This document shows, piece after piece, positions 38,501 to 53,500 of a DNA stretch of 64,000 nt. Source of the DNA: Tubulanus polymorphus (lineage: Eukaryota; Animalia; Nemertea); contig NC_134030.1 in the NCBI RefSeq assembly GCF_964204645.1, forward strand, positions 16,368,110 through 16,432,109, read 5' to 3'. A program made the position numbers and the translations under genes. The notes under the pieces were generated by a model. It searched no databases and was not told the DNA's origin. It saw only the letters and a list, made by a program, of their open reading frames with translations. Position 1 is the stretch's first letter. The number at the start of each line of letters is the position of its first letter.

Positions 38501-41500
38501 CAAACAATATCGCACGAGCAAGATGAATGAATGGAATTTTCATAGTGGCTAACAAGGTACGGACAGCCAAGTGAATCAGAGGACAAACAGCCTGGTGAAA
38601 GTGAGCCCAACGCACATTCAATGCATGTATTTATAGCTCAGCAGATTCAAGCCATTAGTTAGATTGAACAATCAAATTTCAACCATTTAAAGATTTCTAA
38701 CCTCTTATATAAAACTGATGTTACGCATTTGCGTTCTATACGTATGTATATGGTTAGCTATATGGAAGCCTGGTTGAAGTTGGTCTCATGGCATCAAATA
38801 TCTAAATGCTTGGTGTATCAGGGCCACCTAGTAATTAGGGTCCGATCTTGCTGATCGATCAATATTTTGGTATGGCCATGTCCATTAGGATCTGGCAGGC
38901 TGATCGTTTGAATGAACCCAAGAAAGTACTAATTATAATCATTGAGTAAAATCTCAAAGATTTTAATGCCATAGTTCATTGAATTACCAAACATGGAATA
39001 CATGGTAAACAATACAGTTCACCAATAAAGGCCCTAAATTGTTTTTGAAATGTAGTAGCGAAAATATTTAGGGCATTTATTATTAGCACTTTTGGAAGAA
39101 AATTTGCTTGTAAGAACTCTAAAAGTATCATGGCTATTGATTCGTGAGATATCAGGCTCTAGTATCCTGAGTAAGTATTTGGGCCTGGGTACAATATGGG
39201 TAGACTATACTTCACCTGTGTAAAGCAGCCTGAAGCAATCACACACAAAACAGGTTCTGAACAACAATAGCTAAACACAATAAACATGAACACCCTTCAG
39301 ACTGCTTGAAAGCCCAGATTCAACAAGACTATAACAGGTACACAACATAATGGATGGATACGCCTTGGCAACATTTTTCAAATCTACCTCTCTCCCTGAC
39401 AAGAGTTAGGTCTATACATCGCTAATGAAAAATGTCAACGTCATGAAATTTAAAAAAAAACTGTTGATTGATTCCAATGACAATGCATCTAGTAAAAATT
39501 TCAATCTATTTTAATCTTTATGATAAGGCACATTGAATGGAATAATTCAACGGCTTAATTCCTTTCAAGATAAGGCAATATTTATCTAAATCAAATTCGC
39601 TTTAGCCTGATTTTTGAGGCTGAAAATAACTGCCATGACTAAGACCAAAAAATTCAAATTGATGAAAATAAATTTGAAAGCTCTGTAATTTACAAAACTT
39701 TCATAACCAAATAATGAGATCATCAATGAGCAATTGCTTAACAATTTATCATATTAATTACTTAAGTGTCCAATAACCCTAAAACAATCAAACATATCAT
39801 TGGCCTTTAGGATGTGGCTCAAATGTGGATCAAGAGCAGTGGCGTTGGAAGTGCAACGACTGCAGCAGCGAAAGCCGCAGCAATAATTTACTGAATGATG
39901 CATTTTTCTTTGAATACCACATTTTCCGTCCTCCTTATTACCGAGATGACGGTATCAGTAATAAATGCCTGCTGGAGTCATATTTTGTCGGATATTTTTG
40001 TAGAAAAATAACTTTTAACTTTACTGAGATGAGATCCTCGATCAATCAAATTCAATGAAATTTTATTGCTAACCGAGATGACATATTTGAAGTCAAGTTT
40101 TTTTTTACAAAATATGCGGAAAAATATGCAAAATATGACTCTAGAAGGTATTCATTACTGATAAAATATGATTTCAAGTGTTAAAATCGATAATGAATAA
40201 ATAAATATGTTATATTTCATGTCATCTCGGTTCACCTCGGTAAATTACGTCATCTCGGTAATAAGGAGGACCCCACATTTTAGAAGAAATGAAGTAAATT
40301 CGCCGCAGCATTTTTTAGAACCTGTCCAAAATCGGCATTTAGCCGCAGCAATCAAAAATTGCTTCCAACGGGCCCGAAGAATCATGACTTTCTTGAGGTA
40401 TTCATTTCTGAATTCAGAAGAAAATGACTACAAAACTAGAGTTTATGGAAAATGATCAGATACTATAACAATTGATTAAACAAATCATTCAAAAGACTAA
40501 GGCCCAAATCCAAATCTACATTTCCTCAAAATGAATCACCAGGATATAAACTATATTTGACAAAACCTTGTAATAATTTCATACCACATATCCAAACCAT
40601 AAAAACATATAGAATTGAAAGCAGAATTACCTTTAATCTTTTAAGAATAATTTTCAGATATTACCGATATAAAGTCCAAAGTATGTGTGCCATATAAAAC
40701 AAGAGATGTTCAATGCACAAAATCGGATTGTCAAATGCTCCAAATGCACCTTGCCCACAGTCTATATACACATGAAATTGACATTGCGACCCCTGGGCTG
40801 TCACCTCAATATATCCATATATAGGTTTCAAGCCCTAGGCTGTAATAGGCCCAATGTAATTCCTATTCAGTCAGAGACTAGCACTTTACTCCGAACAATG
40901 TCTGTGAACCTATTGTTCCTGTGATAGTCTGGTTGATCATTAAATTAACCTGAAAAGAATGATCATCATGGCAGAATAGAGGCAATCGGAAAATCAACAG
41001 AGGAATCAATTGTATAGGTCAGAACCCTATAGGTGATTGATAATTAACTGTGATTTTCGAGTCTCTTTGCCTGAGAGCCCAGAATGACCATGTCCATCGG
41101 AATTTGTATGAATACTACCACCAATGACATAATTATGAAGTCAGACATCAACCCTTACACCTGCTGGTCAATATCAACAATAAGTTCACATAATTCAGGT
41201 TGAACCGACCCACCCCTCCCTACTCTACCAAATTTATTTTCCAAAGTCTAAACGATTTTGTTGAGTTAACCTGAAAGAGTCAATTTCTCAGCTATGATAC
41301 CCAGTTTCCTTTCTAGTTGTTGGGTTTTATTTGACTCAGGACCAAGTTCCACAGTTGTATGGGTTTAACTGGATGGTGGGATAATTCTAAAATTCTGAGT
41401 TTAATTAACCTAGGCAAGTGGCCCCATCATTCTGGTTTAGTTGCTTCAAATTAAACACTACAGGTAAAGTTAACATTATACTTGTTAACATTTTCAATTT

Positions 41501-44500
41501 CAAATCATTTCTTAACTGCAATTTGATCCTACACAACTTTTAACCCATTGAATAACGCACAGCAGGTCTCGGATATAAATAAACAAAACACATGCTTATT
41601 AATTTCAAATAAGGCACCTTGAAAAGCGATTATTTCGGATTACGTCAGAAACGTACTCGAACATGATTGCATTTCACAGGTAAGTGATCATTAAAACTGA
41701 ATTAACCTCTAGTTCCATATAGTGCTAGATATCACCTGCAATCTGAACCCCTGAGGGTGGTTTCTATTGTCAAATCATCCATATTTCAAAGAGACAGGGT
41801 GTTACTAGAGAATTTTTCCCATGATAGGGGCACCATGTATGTAGATCTTGAAGGGGCACATTTTGTATCCTGGAAGGGGTGAAAAACGAGGCTCAATGCA
41901 AAAATGAAAAGTCTCAGAATACCTCGAAAAATGAAGTCATAAATCTAGGCATTAGGTTTTACTAGATGAAATAAGTTTCACAGAGACACGTAAATATCCC
42001 CTGGGTAAGAATCCTTAAGGTAAAAATCCCCACTTGGTGATTTGAAAGAACATTTCAAAGCAAAATGTTTCTCCAATTTTATTCATTTGCAATGAGACTG
42101 AAATATGTTTGAACTGTGCAATGAAATCCTTCGGATAAATGCTTTAGACAACTCTTAGAATAAAATGAGCTTAGAATAAATAAGAGTAATGAATCTTTAT
42201 TTGTAATATCTTAAAATTCGAACTGGAATATTTTTGAACTGTGAACTCTTGTTAACTGGTGGTATATTTGAGGTGTGCGATGCCATGAATTATTAGAAAT
42301 AATGAACTTTAAATTTGAAATATTTTAGATTCAAGCTAGTGTAATATATTTGAAGTGAGCGGTGAACCCTTTCATTAACTGCGAAAACTTTAAAGTAAGG
42401 TATTAATCTAGTATCAATGAACTGTTAATCTGTAGTATGTTTTAATTCAAATTGTATAAGCCGCGTTCACACTAGATTTGCGCTTACTAAATACCTTACT
42501 TCGCTGGTGCCAAATTCACCAAAATACGGCGCTTATACAGCCATTTACGTTCACACTACGAGTCGCGATTCGGCACTTATTAAGCCCAGTATAGTAGTCA
42601 CCCAGTGTGCCAATAGAGGGGAGTTTAATTAGTGCTAAGTGTTTTGTACTACAAGGATGTGAATAGGCAGCTAGCTAAGCGCCGAATCTGCGCTCACACT
42701 ACAGCTAATACGCGGAATAATTTCCTAGTGTGAATGCTTAGTACCCTACTGAAATCCTAGTGTGAACGCAGCTATATACTATATTTTGTATGCTCGTCAT
42801 ATCTTTATGGTGTTCCAAAATATAAATGAATTGGATGAAGGAGGGGGATTTTTACCTACTTAGAAGAATAAGGGATTTTTTCCAAGGGGACTTTTACCAA
42901 AGGGATTTTTATCACTAACCATAAAACCGGCCTCTAAATGGTCAAACTGCCCAACATGGTATATATCCATCCCAAAAAGACAACATCTGATATTTAGAAT
43001 CCAACATTAAAACCCCAAATCCCACTCTATGACGATGTTCCAAACGAATTCATTTCGTTATGGAGGAGGAATTTCGGTAATATTCCCTAATGCTGTTTTA
43101 CTGTTCAGCAAAATTTCAAAACAGTATTAATCTATGTATTAACTATAAGATATGATGTATAGGGCCTAATATAATCACAAACTAGTTGGAACAATAATTA
43201 TTCATTGATTACTTAACTTGCCCTTAACAATTCCCAGTAATCGTAAACAATTGAGCAAGAAAATACCAGATAACTTGTCATCTATCAATAAATTAATGGT
43301 CACCAATACCTTCTCCCTTTACAGTCTCTCGAACTGGATTTTAAGGCTCCCTAATCTTTTAAAGAGGTACAATAATACAAACAACCTCCTAAAATATTCG
43401 ATTGGCTTCAATAAACAGTGTTTCGTAAATTCTTCTTTTGATAATCATCGATTCAATTCAAATAGATAAGTTGATAGAAATTGAGAATGAAATCAAGATC
43501 AACAACTACAAGCGACACCCGAATAAGCTTGATTACCAGCAGTATGAAGTTCCATTATGATATCTGGGGTTTATTTAATACGTAGAGGAATTCATCTATC
43601 TATTAATAAAGCGACTCTTTAAGCTATAATTAAGTCTAAAGAAATTTTGCCTTTATTTTCACAGAAGTGCCACAGTATGACAACCTACAGTTGGAGGAAA
43701 TAGCCTTCAAATTCATAGAAATATGAAGACTCTTCACTAAAACAAACATCAATATACTGCATATATAAACTAGAAAGTGGGATTGGTTTCATCGTGTAGT
43801 TAATAATATCTGATGACTACGCCAGGAAGGGCTTTCATTAAACCCAGACGGCTTGATTATCTCAGATTTCTTGGGACCGTCAAAAAGCAAATTATGAATT
43901 TTGGAAAAAAAATCTAAAGCATTTCAGACAAGGCTGAATGCAACATAAGGACCATTATTTACTGAAAGGCTGAGGATTTTTCACACCATGAGATTCAGTG
44001 ATAGTAAATTTTTTTCTGCAACAGGTTTTTTTAAGCTGACAATTGCTTTATAAACTTAAATGAAGTTTATAATCAATATTCATAGACAGGATTTAAGATT
44101 ATAGACTGGTATTATTTTCAACCTTGGGGTTAACTTAATCGATTCAATAAAGCGAGTTGAGTCTGGGTTTAAGTTGATACTAGTCTATAAAACCAGGCTC
44201 TGAGGTATGCTAAACTGTGAGGCAACTTAAAGGATGTTGATTGCAGAAACTGATCACAGGGTTTTATAGTCCCAAGAATAGATGGCATGTAAGACAATAT
44301 AACAACATATTTCTAGGTTTTAAATAAATAAATAAATCAGAAAAGGCAAATTGCAACACCTACTTCACAAGAACCATGCAGGAATTACAAGTTGCACAGT
44401 TTGCCACATCAGTATATCCACTGAATTTTCTTGGTACCAATTCAAAAACGTAAGTGCTTGAAAATTTTGGATCAGATTGATTGAATCCCGAACATTGATC

Positions 44501-47500
44501 GACGTTTTATCAGTGTATTTTTAGTCTATTCCAACTTACAGTTAAGATTCAGTTAGGTTTTAAAAGCAATGTGAGCAACAAATCATCATGTATATCATTA
44601 AATAATCTAATTATGCGTAAGTTTTACCAGGAAACAAAACATACATACAGAGTACCATATTCTGTACCATAATGACTGCAGCCACAATTCTTGGAATAAC
44701 AGTAACTGGAGGTGTATTCATAGACATGATGTTATAATGAAACAAAAACAAAGCATATTAAGCAGCTAAAGCCCGCTACATACATATCCCTTCTGACAGA
44801 AAAGGGGTACCTGTTTCATAACGGTTCTGGCACAACCACCAGCCCAGTTTTCATATGGTTCAATGAAATAGCAAATTAATCATGTCATACAACAGACCCT
44901 GTATCAGAACTGGTCCTCCAAATACTGCCATCAAGACACCATTCCATGGCTGCAATTTAGAACCTACCAAAATTTACCTAATTCAAATTCTAGGGCCACA
45001 GTTTAATCACAACTGTGTCTTAGGTTTAAAGAATTCTTTGACACATTCTTTGAAATATTTATTCTTAAATTCTATGAATAGGGTTTGTTAATGAATTCTC
45101 AAAAAATGAAATTCGGATTTAAAACCCAGTCCAGCAAAATTTTTCAGTTATGAGTTCCATAAGTGTGAGGAGTGGTTCTCAATTTCATGAGAAGTTGAGA
45201 GGTGCACAAGATTTTTAGCTTCGCTTTTGCATAAGTACTCACGCCCACAACTAAAGCTCAGAAATTCTTTCTTTTTAGGGGATGAGAATTATTCGAAGAA
45301 TAATAAAAAACTAACAACAACTGTTAAGTTCATAAATTTTAACTCGCACCTAACAGATAAAATTTGTCAGTCTAGAAATTGGCTAATGGCAACACCAATT
45401 TAGATTTTGTGGAAAACTAAAATTAAACTTTTAAAGATTAAAATTGAGCTAATTTACCAAGGCTGTTAGTGCACATGTTAGTGCAGTACTGTTTACATGA
45501 GATTGCAATGAACCTGTAGAGTACTATACAATAATGAGTAATAGTCAATGGTGGTATGGATCAACCAATCAACACAAAGCTAGCCTTATATGGTAAAAAT
45601 TCTGAATGAACACCAAGGGTAGTAATAATTTGATTGACAGCAGTCATATTTGGGACTAGATAAAATCTAAATGAATGCTTACACTTTTATATAGCCAATG
45701 CTGTTGGTACATACTTTAGTGATAAGATCTTACATATCTATATCATTCGAGAACCAATTTCATGAGGTCAATATTGTTTATGAGCAATCTGGATTAAACA
45801 TCATATTTTATGTACATTTTCATAACCGGACATTTTCATGGACCATGAGAATAATGGTCTAATCAGATCAAAATTTTAATTATTTAGTTAATTTCTAAGT
45901 ATATTCAAGATTAAATCACAGTGACTCGTCGTTCAGTTGTAGGTTCATGCAATCTGCACTGCAATTTAGTTACAACTGCAAGAAAAATTCATCCCTCTCC
46001 ATAACAACATAACTCATTGCTCCACCTTTCCGCGATGGAAAAATGATTTTTCGACTAATGAACCTGCATTAAAAAATTGCATGCAAAATTGCCACCTGAT
46101 TGCAGGTTACTGCAACAGGTAATCAATCGCTGATCTAAGAAATCTTTTCCCTTGAAAATTTTCAAGCCAAATGGACGTCAGTATTTTAGCTAAGAGATGT
46201 TTCTCAAATAATAAACATTTAATTATTTCCTGATGCCAATGAAACACATATCAAATGACATAAAATCATTTTCCTATGAATCCTCCCAATTTGAAATCAC
46301 CAGAAAAAAAAACAGTGTATATTTCACACTTCCTGATCCAGCCTTGTGTATCTGGCAACCCATATAGTATGGAATAAACTAAACACATACCAATCTGACT
46401 GACATTCAAACAAGTCCCCTTATTGGTTGCTAAGTAATGGGTGGTCCAGATACCTAGTGAGATTGTCCTAAATTTCAGTAAAATAACAACATATTTCATA
46501 TCCATACAGCCACATATAGCCCGCATTTCTACACGTTCGCCATCCCAGAATTTAATTTTCATGGATTAACATTCTTTCATCAACTGTTTTATTGATTATG
46601 CTGGTTGACCAAAAAAGAACTTCCTATTTCTAAAAAAAAATGTCTAATATGATCTCTTGAATGTGGACAGATTTCAAATAGGTCTTTAAAGCGTATAAAT
46701 CGGCATTTGGATCTTATTCTCCATGGCGGAGCTTACATACGTAAACTAAATGAATGTAAAATGTTTAATCATGATGATGTCCCAGATCCAGATCTATTGT
46801 TTTTTAAAGTAACAATATTTTGCTCAGAACACAGAACCAAAGTTATAGGTTGAGAAGTAACTTCATGTTTTCAATGCAGACAGAAATTCAATCTTAAGCT
46901 GGAAAAGCTTCATTCATGAGTGGGGACCCAAGATACAATGCAATACATGATTTTGTACAATTCTAATAAACAAGAGTTAAAATTTCAGAACTGAATTTTG
47001 AAAAAATCAGAACTGAAAAAAGGCTCAAATCGTGAGTATTTAATACTAAAATACTAATTAGTACTAAAACACGGACATACTAATCCAGAATTGTTGGGGT
47101 ATAAGCTCATAAACTGACTGAAAATCGGTCTAACATTAAGCACGCTTTTGACCACCCGTCTCTGATGAAAAATCCAAATAATAAAGAAAAAAGACAGCCA
47201 AATCAACTCATATCGACAAGAAACAGACTTGATTTTATCAAAAAAGGAAGGAAGCACTTTAACGATCTATTGTCTGCGTTCAAACTGATAACATCCTCAG
47301 ACCCGACCCACTGCCTTACCAAGGACTATTGGCCATATGAAATGATGATTAAATCATAACAAGCTCAGACGCGGTATGTTTGAAACAGGAAACTTTTCCC
47401 TTCGAATTGTTTCCTATGCTTAGATTAAGCCTATTTCCCTTGTGACAATTCAAATTGATGACTCCCGACTCTGGATTCGTCATAATTGCAAACCAACAAT

Positions 47501-50500
47501 CCAATAGGCGTAGTAACAGTACATTATTGAGAACAGTCTAAATTTGGCCTGTACAAATTTAGAATGGACCAAGGGTTCACATTAGCAAAAGTTCCATTCC
47601 AATGAGGTACCGAACAGGATTCTAAGGCTCTCAAACAAGTCATCAAATAAAGATAAAATTGGCATCCCCAATGAGTGAATGGGGCCTATAGTTTAACCAT
47701 AAAAAGATTTACCACAAGAAAAGATGATTTGAATTTAATTGAAATGTAGAAGAAATTGAAGCGTGGCCGATCTAGGCCCATTCTAAATTTTGGAACAGAC
47801 TAATGCCTGACATACATCAGATTAGCAACTGATCTTATCCAGTTACCAGTAGTTCAGAGCTAGTACCCCTCATGGGGGTGTAGCTACCGAAAATCAATTG
47901 GTGCGACATATAATCCGGAAATATGCACGCATAGCCAAGTGAGCGCCGCAGAGAACGCTGAACGTCTGAGATGCGTTCTGATGGCTATGAGAGCTCATAT
48001 TTGAGTAATTTTCTGTAGAGAATATATTGACACTAAGGTTTAACCTTAGATGACATAATGCCACTAAGGTTATCTATAGACATATCCAGATGTTTAACCA
48101 CCCCAGGGCAGATAGGTTTCTGAGTTACCTATATCATGGCCAAATATGAGGGATCTGGGGGCACTACTGGGGCATAGAATCTATCCTCCATTTACCCACA
48201 AACTATGGAAGGAAATATATATTCATAAAAGCATAGAAGTTAACTATCATTATCGACCATTCAAATCGACCATTTTTGTTACTTCCAGAATATTTGCCAG
48301 GAATGAAATATTCATGTTAGTACAAGTCAAAATCATGAACTTTAAAAATTTTCTGTCGCCGACCCGTCGCTGTCAGTTGTAGACACGCTCAGATCGCCGC
48401 AATTGGCAAAAAACCAGTCACTGACGATCGCTGCCAGATGCTCGAATCAGTCGCTTCCAGTTGTAGTCGCAGTTGTAAGGGCAACCTGAGTGCCCCTTTA
48501 CATCGAGAATCTAGCAAAAACCAGCAACTGCATGGCTCATGCCAGTCTCTAGGTCCATAGCATGTACATCGACAGCAACTTGAGGGCATCTCAAGTTAGT
48601 CACGTGTCATTTTGCTTTGTTTTTGTCAGTTGCAACCACGTGTTGTTGATTATGGAACGCTCACATACAACTAGTTGCTCAAAAGTGGAACACGGGCAAC
48701 TGGCTGGAACTGGAGATAAATAGTTGCTTAAGCCTAGTGCACATGGGCGACATTTTCGAGCAATTCTCAAGCAACTGCCGGTGATACTTCCAAATACCGC
48801 ACCACCCTAGGTAGTAGCTTGGCCATCTTGACAAGTCACATGATACAGATGTTTGGCGGGAAAGATATTTGCCTCTCCGTCGCCAGTGATAGCACACAAG
48901 AGACACCAAGCGATCGATTGCTCGATGGTTGTTAGCAGAACCAGTCACCGCAACTGGCGACTAAAAACCCCCTCGTGTGGGCCAGGCTTTACCAGTCGTA
49001 AGCGAGCTCACATCACACATTCAAACAACTGATCGTATCCAGCCAGTTCCTCTCCATACGCCGAAAACTGCCTTGCAACTAGTTGTCTCCTGTATGTGTG
49101 AACAGAAACTGGTTCCAGGTCCGTTCTAAATCGTTCTCAGAGGTATGAATTCAATTGTATTAATTGTATCAAGAAGCTGATTTATATAGTTTTCAGATTT
49201 CATATAATTTCTATCTTAAAAAGAAAATGAAACGATGAGAAAGTCATCATTCTATAAAGCTAAGCTCAAGTCGACTTACGACTCAATCAGATCTTTCTAA
49301 CAAGCTGGGGAAAAAAAATATGCATAGGTACGATATGAAATAGCAATTTTTTTATCATTAACCTTTTTGACATGAGTTTACTCTGATTGATCGCAGACTG
49401 ATCGTAACCCCGCATCGCAAGGATTAAACAAGTTCCATTCTCGACGACCTGATCAGATCGTCGCAGCCAATCAGCTGCATGTTTTGTATCACGTGACTTT
49501 CAGACTTAGTGATGATGAATCATAGTGCTTTTTTAAGATCCTGAGACAAATGAATCCGCAATCAATGATCATGTGTGTGCTACCGCTATTCTTAGGACTA
49601 TGTAGTCGGGTCGTAAGTCGAACCAATCTTAGCTTAAATTAACACACATTTTCTGAATCGGTGACAATGACAAGGCTGGCAACTAATTACAATTTCAATG
49701 AATAGTTGAAGTCTTTCTGAGTGAGAAAGTCATCGGTATCAACTCATCTATCGAATAAGATTTGAAGGCCTGAAGTAAAACAGAGAGGATCTTGACTGAG
49801 TCTGCCAAAAATACTGATAGACCACTCAATTAGTGAGAGATTTCAAGACTAACAAGATACTTTTTAGTTTGATAAAGAGAGGCACAGAAATGCACTTTCA
49901 GCCCATATAGTTTTCACTAGTAGACGGCCTTCTAAAAGGTGTATTCATTACAACCTCATGTATTTGGTATTAATTCCCAGGGTATAGAATTTCGTTTCTA
50001 TTCAATAAAATGTTTGCTCTCAAAATTATGCATCTACTCAACACACAGGGTCTACAGACCATTTAACCCTTTTATTGCCAATTGACCACTCGACAGTAAA
50101 ACTAAGCTAATGCTTTTTAAGATCTATTTCTCAATAGACATATCTATTCCGCTAACTACTAGTTCAAAGATAGCCTCTTTAAAATGGAAATCATACTTCA
50201 ACTGATTATAGCAAGATATTCAATTTCAGAATAGTTTACAGTAGTGTAGTATACATTTCAGAATAGTGTACAGTGTTCCCTTCGTGCAAATTGTTACTTT
50301 TCGAGGCGGCTGACTTAAACAATTAGTATTAGTGTTTTATGCCCATTTGGCAAATCCCATGCAATATTCATGCAATGATTCATTATATATAGGGGCCGAT
50401 ATCGTTTTTTGTATCTAGCTTTTTAAACACAAGTCAATTTTTTTGATAGAGAAGGTTGAAATGTTGTCAGACGGTAATCTATACAATGCGCTGGCATTAG

Positions 50501-53500
50501 CCTGAGCGCAAAAACTAAATTTGTGCTTACACTGCAAAAAAGAACTATGAGTACTGATTTGGAAATGGCAGGTTAGTCACTCATTCACGTGGTGAAGCTA
50601 ATATTCAATAATAGTGAAAGCTCTAGAATAAAATAAAATAGTTAAGCTATGCAGTACTAATCGTCTCGTTATTTCAAGGCCCTATACATGTGGATGTCTG
50701 CAAATTTTCCTGGGAATCAAGGCAGATGATGACTGAAGAATTAAAGATTTTTATCAATTTGACATGACTGTGATTTGTAACTAAGTTGTTTTCGTGATAC
50801 AATATTTTACCTAATTGTACATGGTATACCAATTAACTAAATCAGTTTGATATCATAATTACGTCTACAATCAAACAAGTTAGTTTCCAATTCCACATCT
50901 TTCAAAGGTCTATGAAAATGAAGCTCCCCAGTTTTTACAAATGGACCTTGCATAACCTATCATGCTCTTCTTTTCATGTTCTAATAAAAGAATCTACTTC
51001 AATTCAGATTGTTTACAAATATACTTTAGGGTCATTGACCCCAGGAGAATGAAAACTTTGTTTCTGGTCTGACATTTGCCCGTGGGCTTAGGATTCCTCA
51101 TTACAGTTTTGGTAAGTTTTGACATCAATAAAATGCGGTTGACAATTTTTCAAATTGATAAAGCCATTTCAGCTAGAAGGCAGATGTTTTAGACATGAGG
51201 AAAGTGGTTTTTTTCCAGAATAGGAAGTAGACTGCCGTGGGGCCATGTTAGTTGGAGTTTATGACCAACAGGTGCATGGGACCTTGGAGTAATCAGTCTG
51301 ATTACTCCAAGATGGGACAAACAGTGTGCATGTGAGCATATGGTGATCAACAGGCAAATTTAGTGTGACTGTGAAATTACTTGATAATGGCACTGACTTG
51401 TTGCCCATCTCCTGGTTCATGCAGCTGATACTGATCTTCGTCTAGTGTGGCAGGGTCTCATGCCTTGGCTTAGTGTAACGATGCCATCAGGTTCGAATCC
51501 CTGCCGAGGGAGGATGGATTTTCTCACATCAAAAAGTATTGGATCCTAGTTCCATATATGTATTGCATATGTAAGCACAGGTTTCTTGTGGTCTATACAT
51601 CGCCAGATTGCAAGTAGCTGCAAGTTCGGATAGACCAGTCACTTGTCTGTGCTGCTACAGGTACACTACACACCCACTATAGGAAAATTTATGGGAACTA
51701 CTGACAATGATAATAAACATTAAGCTTTCAATTTAATGACATCCTTTATTTTTCATGGGGCTAAAAACAATTAAAATCGATATAATGAGTTCAGAACTTT
51801 GATGAACTTAGATTTAATTTCATTAAATATAATGAATATATCAAGAACTATCATGAAAGAACTATCATGCAAGTGGGCAATGGATAAACTTAATAGTGAT
51901 AAACTTAAACTTAATAAATCAACTAGGCCTAAATTAATATTTCAAAACATCTAAGTAAGCTATTAGGGCACAGACTGTCTTAAATCATCAAAGGTAAATA
52001 CATTCAAATTGTGTGGTAATTTATATAGCAAACTGGCGTAGTGTCTGATAACATTGAAGTGAGATATGCTCATCATAAATTTACCTAAACTAATCCAGGA
52101 ATAGGTCTAATAATCTCAAAAAGTGACATGTCAAAACATGCATTTGATTTCTTGTTCGTCAATGAAATGATGGTTAGTTTTCTATTTAATCTTCCTTGGC
52201 CTTTTTTTCCGTGGCCATTTTTTCCATGACCACTTTTTCCTATGCAAATACCTTGGCCATTCTTTCCTGGCCATTTTTTCCTTGGGCATTTTTTTCGTTC
52301 ACCATAGTTAGTATACTAAAAGTATTGTTCCCAATGAGAATAGTGTAATGTAATGTCATGTGTACATTCCTATATAAAGCCTCCCTCACCATGACTGCAG
52401 TGAAGGCCTACATCTGTCCAATCTTACAGAATATCCAATAGGCCTAAGCGACATTAAGCCTCTATAGAGCAACTCTCTCAAAACAATACTTAACTGAAGC
52501 CTATGTCTACCATGCAGTATAATGAGACACAATTCAAAAGTAAAATAGATAAGGTCTAATTCAACCAAAAACAGATTTTTGCCTGCTGTTCATTAAACAA
52601 CGATGAGCTTAAAACCTAAAGCCTAATCTGACCAAAATTCTGCAGGACCTGCCAATAAATGAAGGAAAAAAATCCATACCAGGAATGACATTCAACAATA
52701 CGAAGCATACAAATTTTGACAATCTCTTCTGAATCTCCCTTCCCTGAATGGGCCTCATTTTTGAAATGCAGCTCATGGAAAACCATAGAAAGCATTGTCG
52801 GAGCTACTATAAGGTAAACTGTTCATGAAAACAGATGGTATTTCTAAAGGAGTACTGACCTACAATGAGTATGGTGCAGCAGAATAACCTGTTGACTATA
52901 TAGGCCTATGTGACCTATTTAACCAGAGCTCAGCAATGACTCACTTTTTCCACCATATTCCACTTAGGCACTAGACCAGCTAAATAAAAATGTGTTCACA
53001 CTATCACATAAACCCTTCTGCTAAAATTACCAAACTTTTAACTCACACAACTATAGACAGGGGCGCATCCAGGATTTTAGGAAAGAGGGGGCGCCCATAG
53101 CTGCCGATGCGCGAAGAATGCTCTGCTCTGTTACATGCGAAGGAACGAACAAAGGGAGAGCGCAAGAGGGGAATGTGCCCCTCTTGCCTACATACAATAC
53201 TGATGCTTTTGTGAGGTAAGATAACGTACGTTTTATTATAGGCCTAATTGCGATAACAAAACTTGCGGCGCCCCCCCATGGATCCGCCACTGCTAGAGAC
53301 TTCAGGCCTAAACTATTTACTGGGCGACACTTGATCAAAATTAAGGAAGATTCTGGTTCTAAGTACATTTAGGCCTAGGCCTTCCATACTAACTAGAAAT
53401 AAGCTCTGTGGACCTAGACTTTTTAATTGTTTGAAGGTCAATAAACAAGATTTTAATGAAATCCCCATGAAAAATCAATATGGGCCTATTGGCTAAAACC

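Noticed and set aside
51462-51510. Possible tRNA gene
   Set aside because: Only box motifs are present; there is no acceptor stem or anticodon arm, so it is treated as a SINE remnant.
36000-53000. Many 60-100 aa ORFs in the 18-kb intron as nested genes
   Set aside because: No recognisable domains or consistent splice structure; expected by chance or derived from MITEs.
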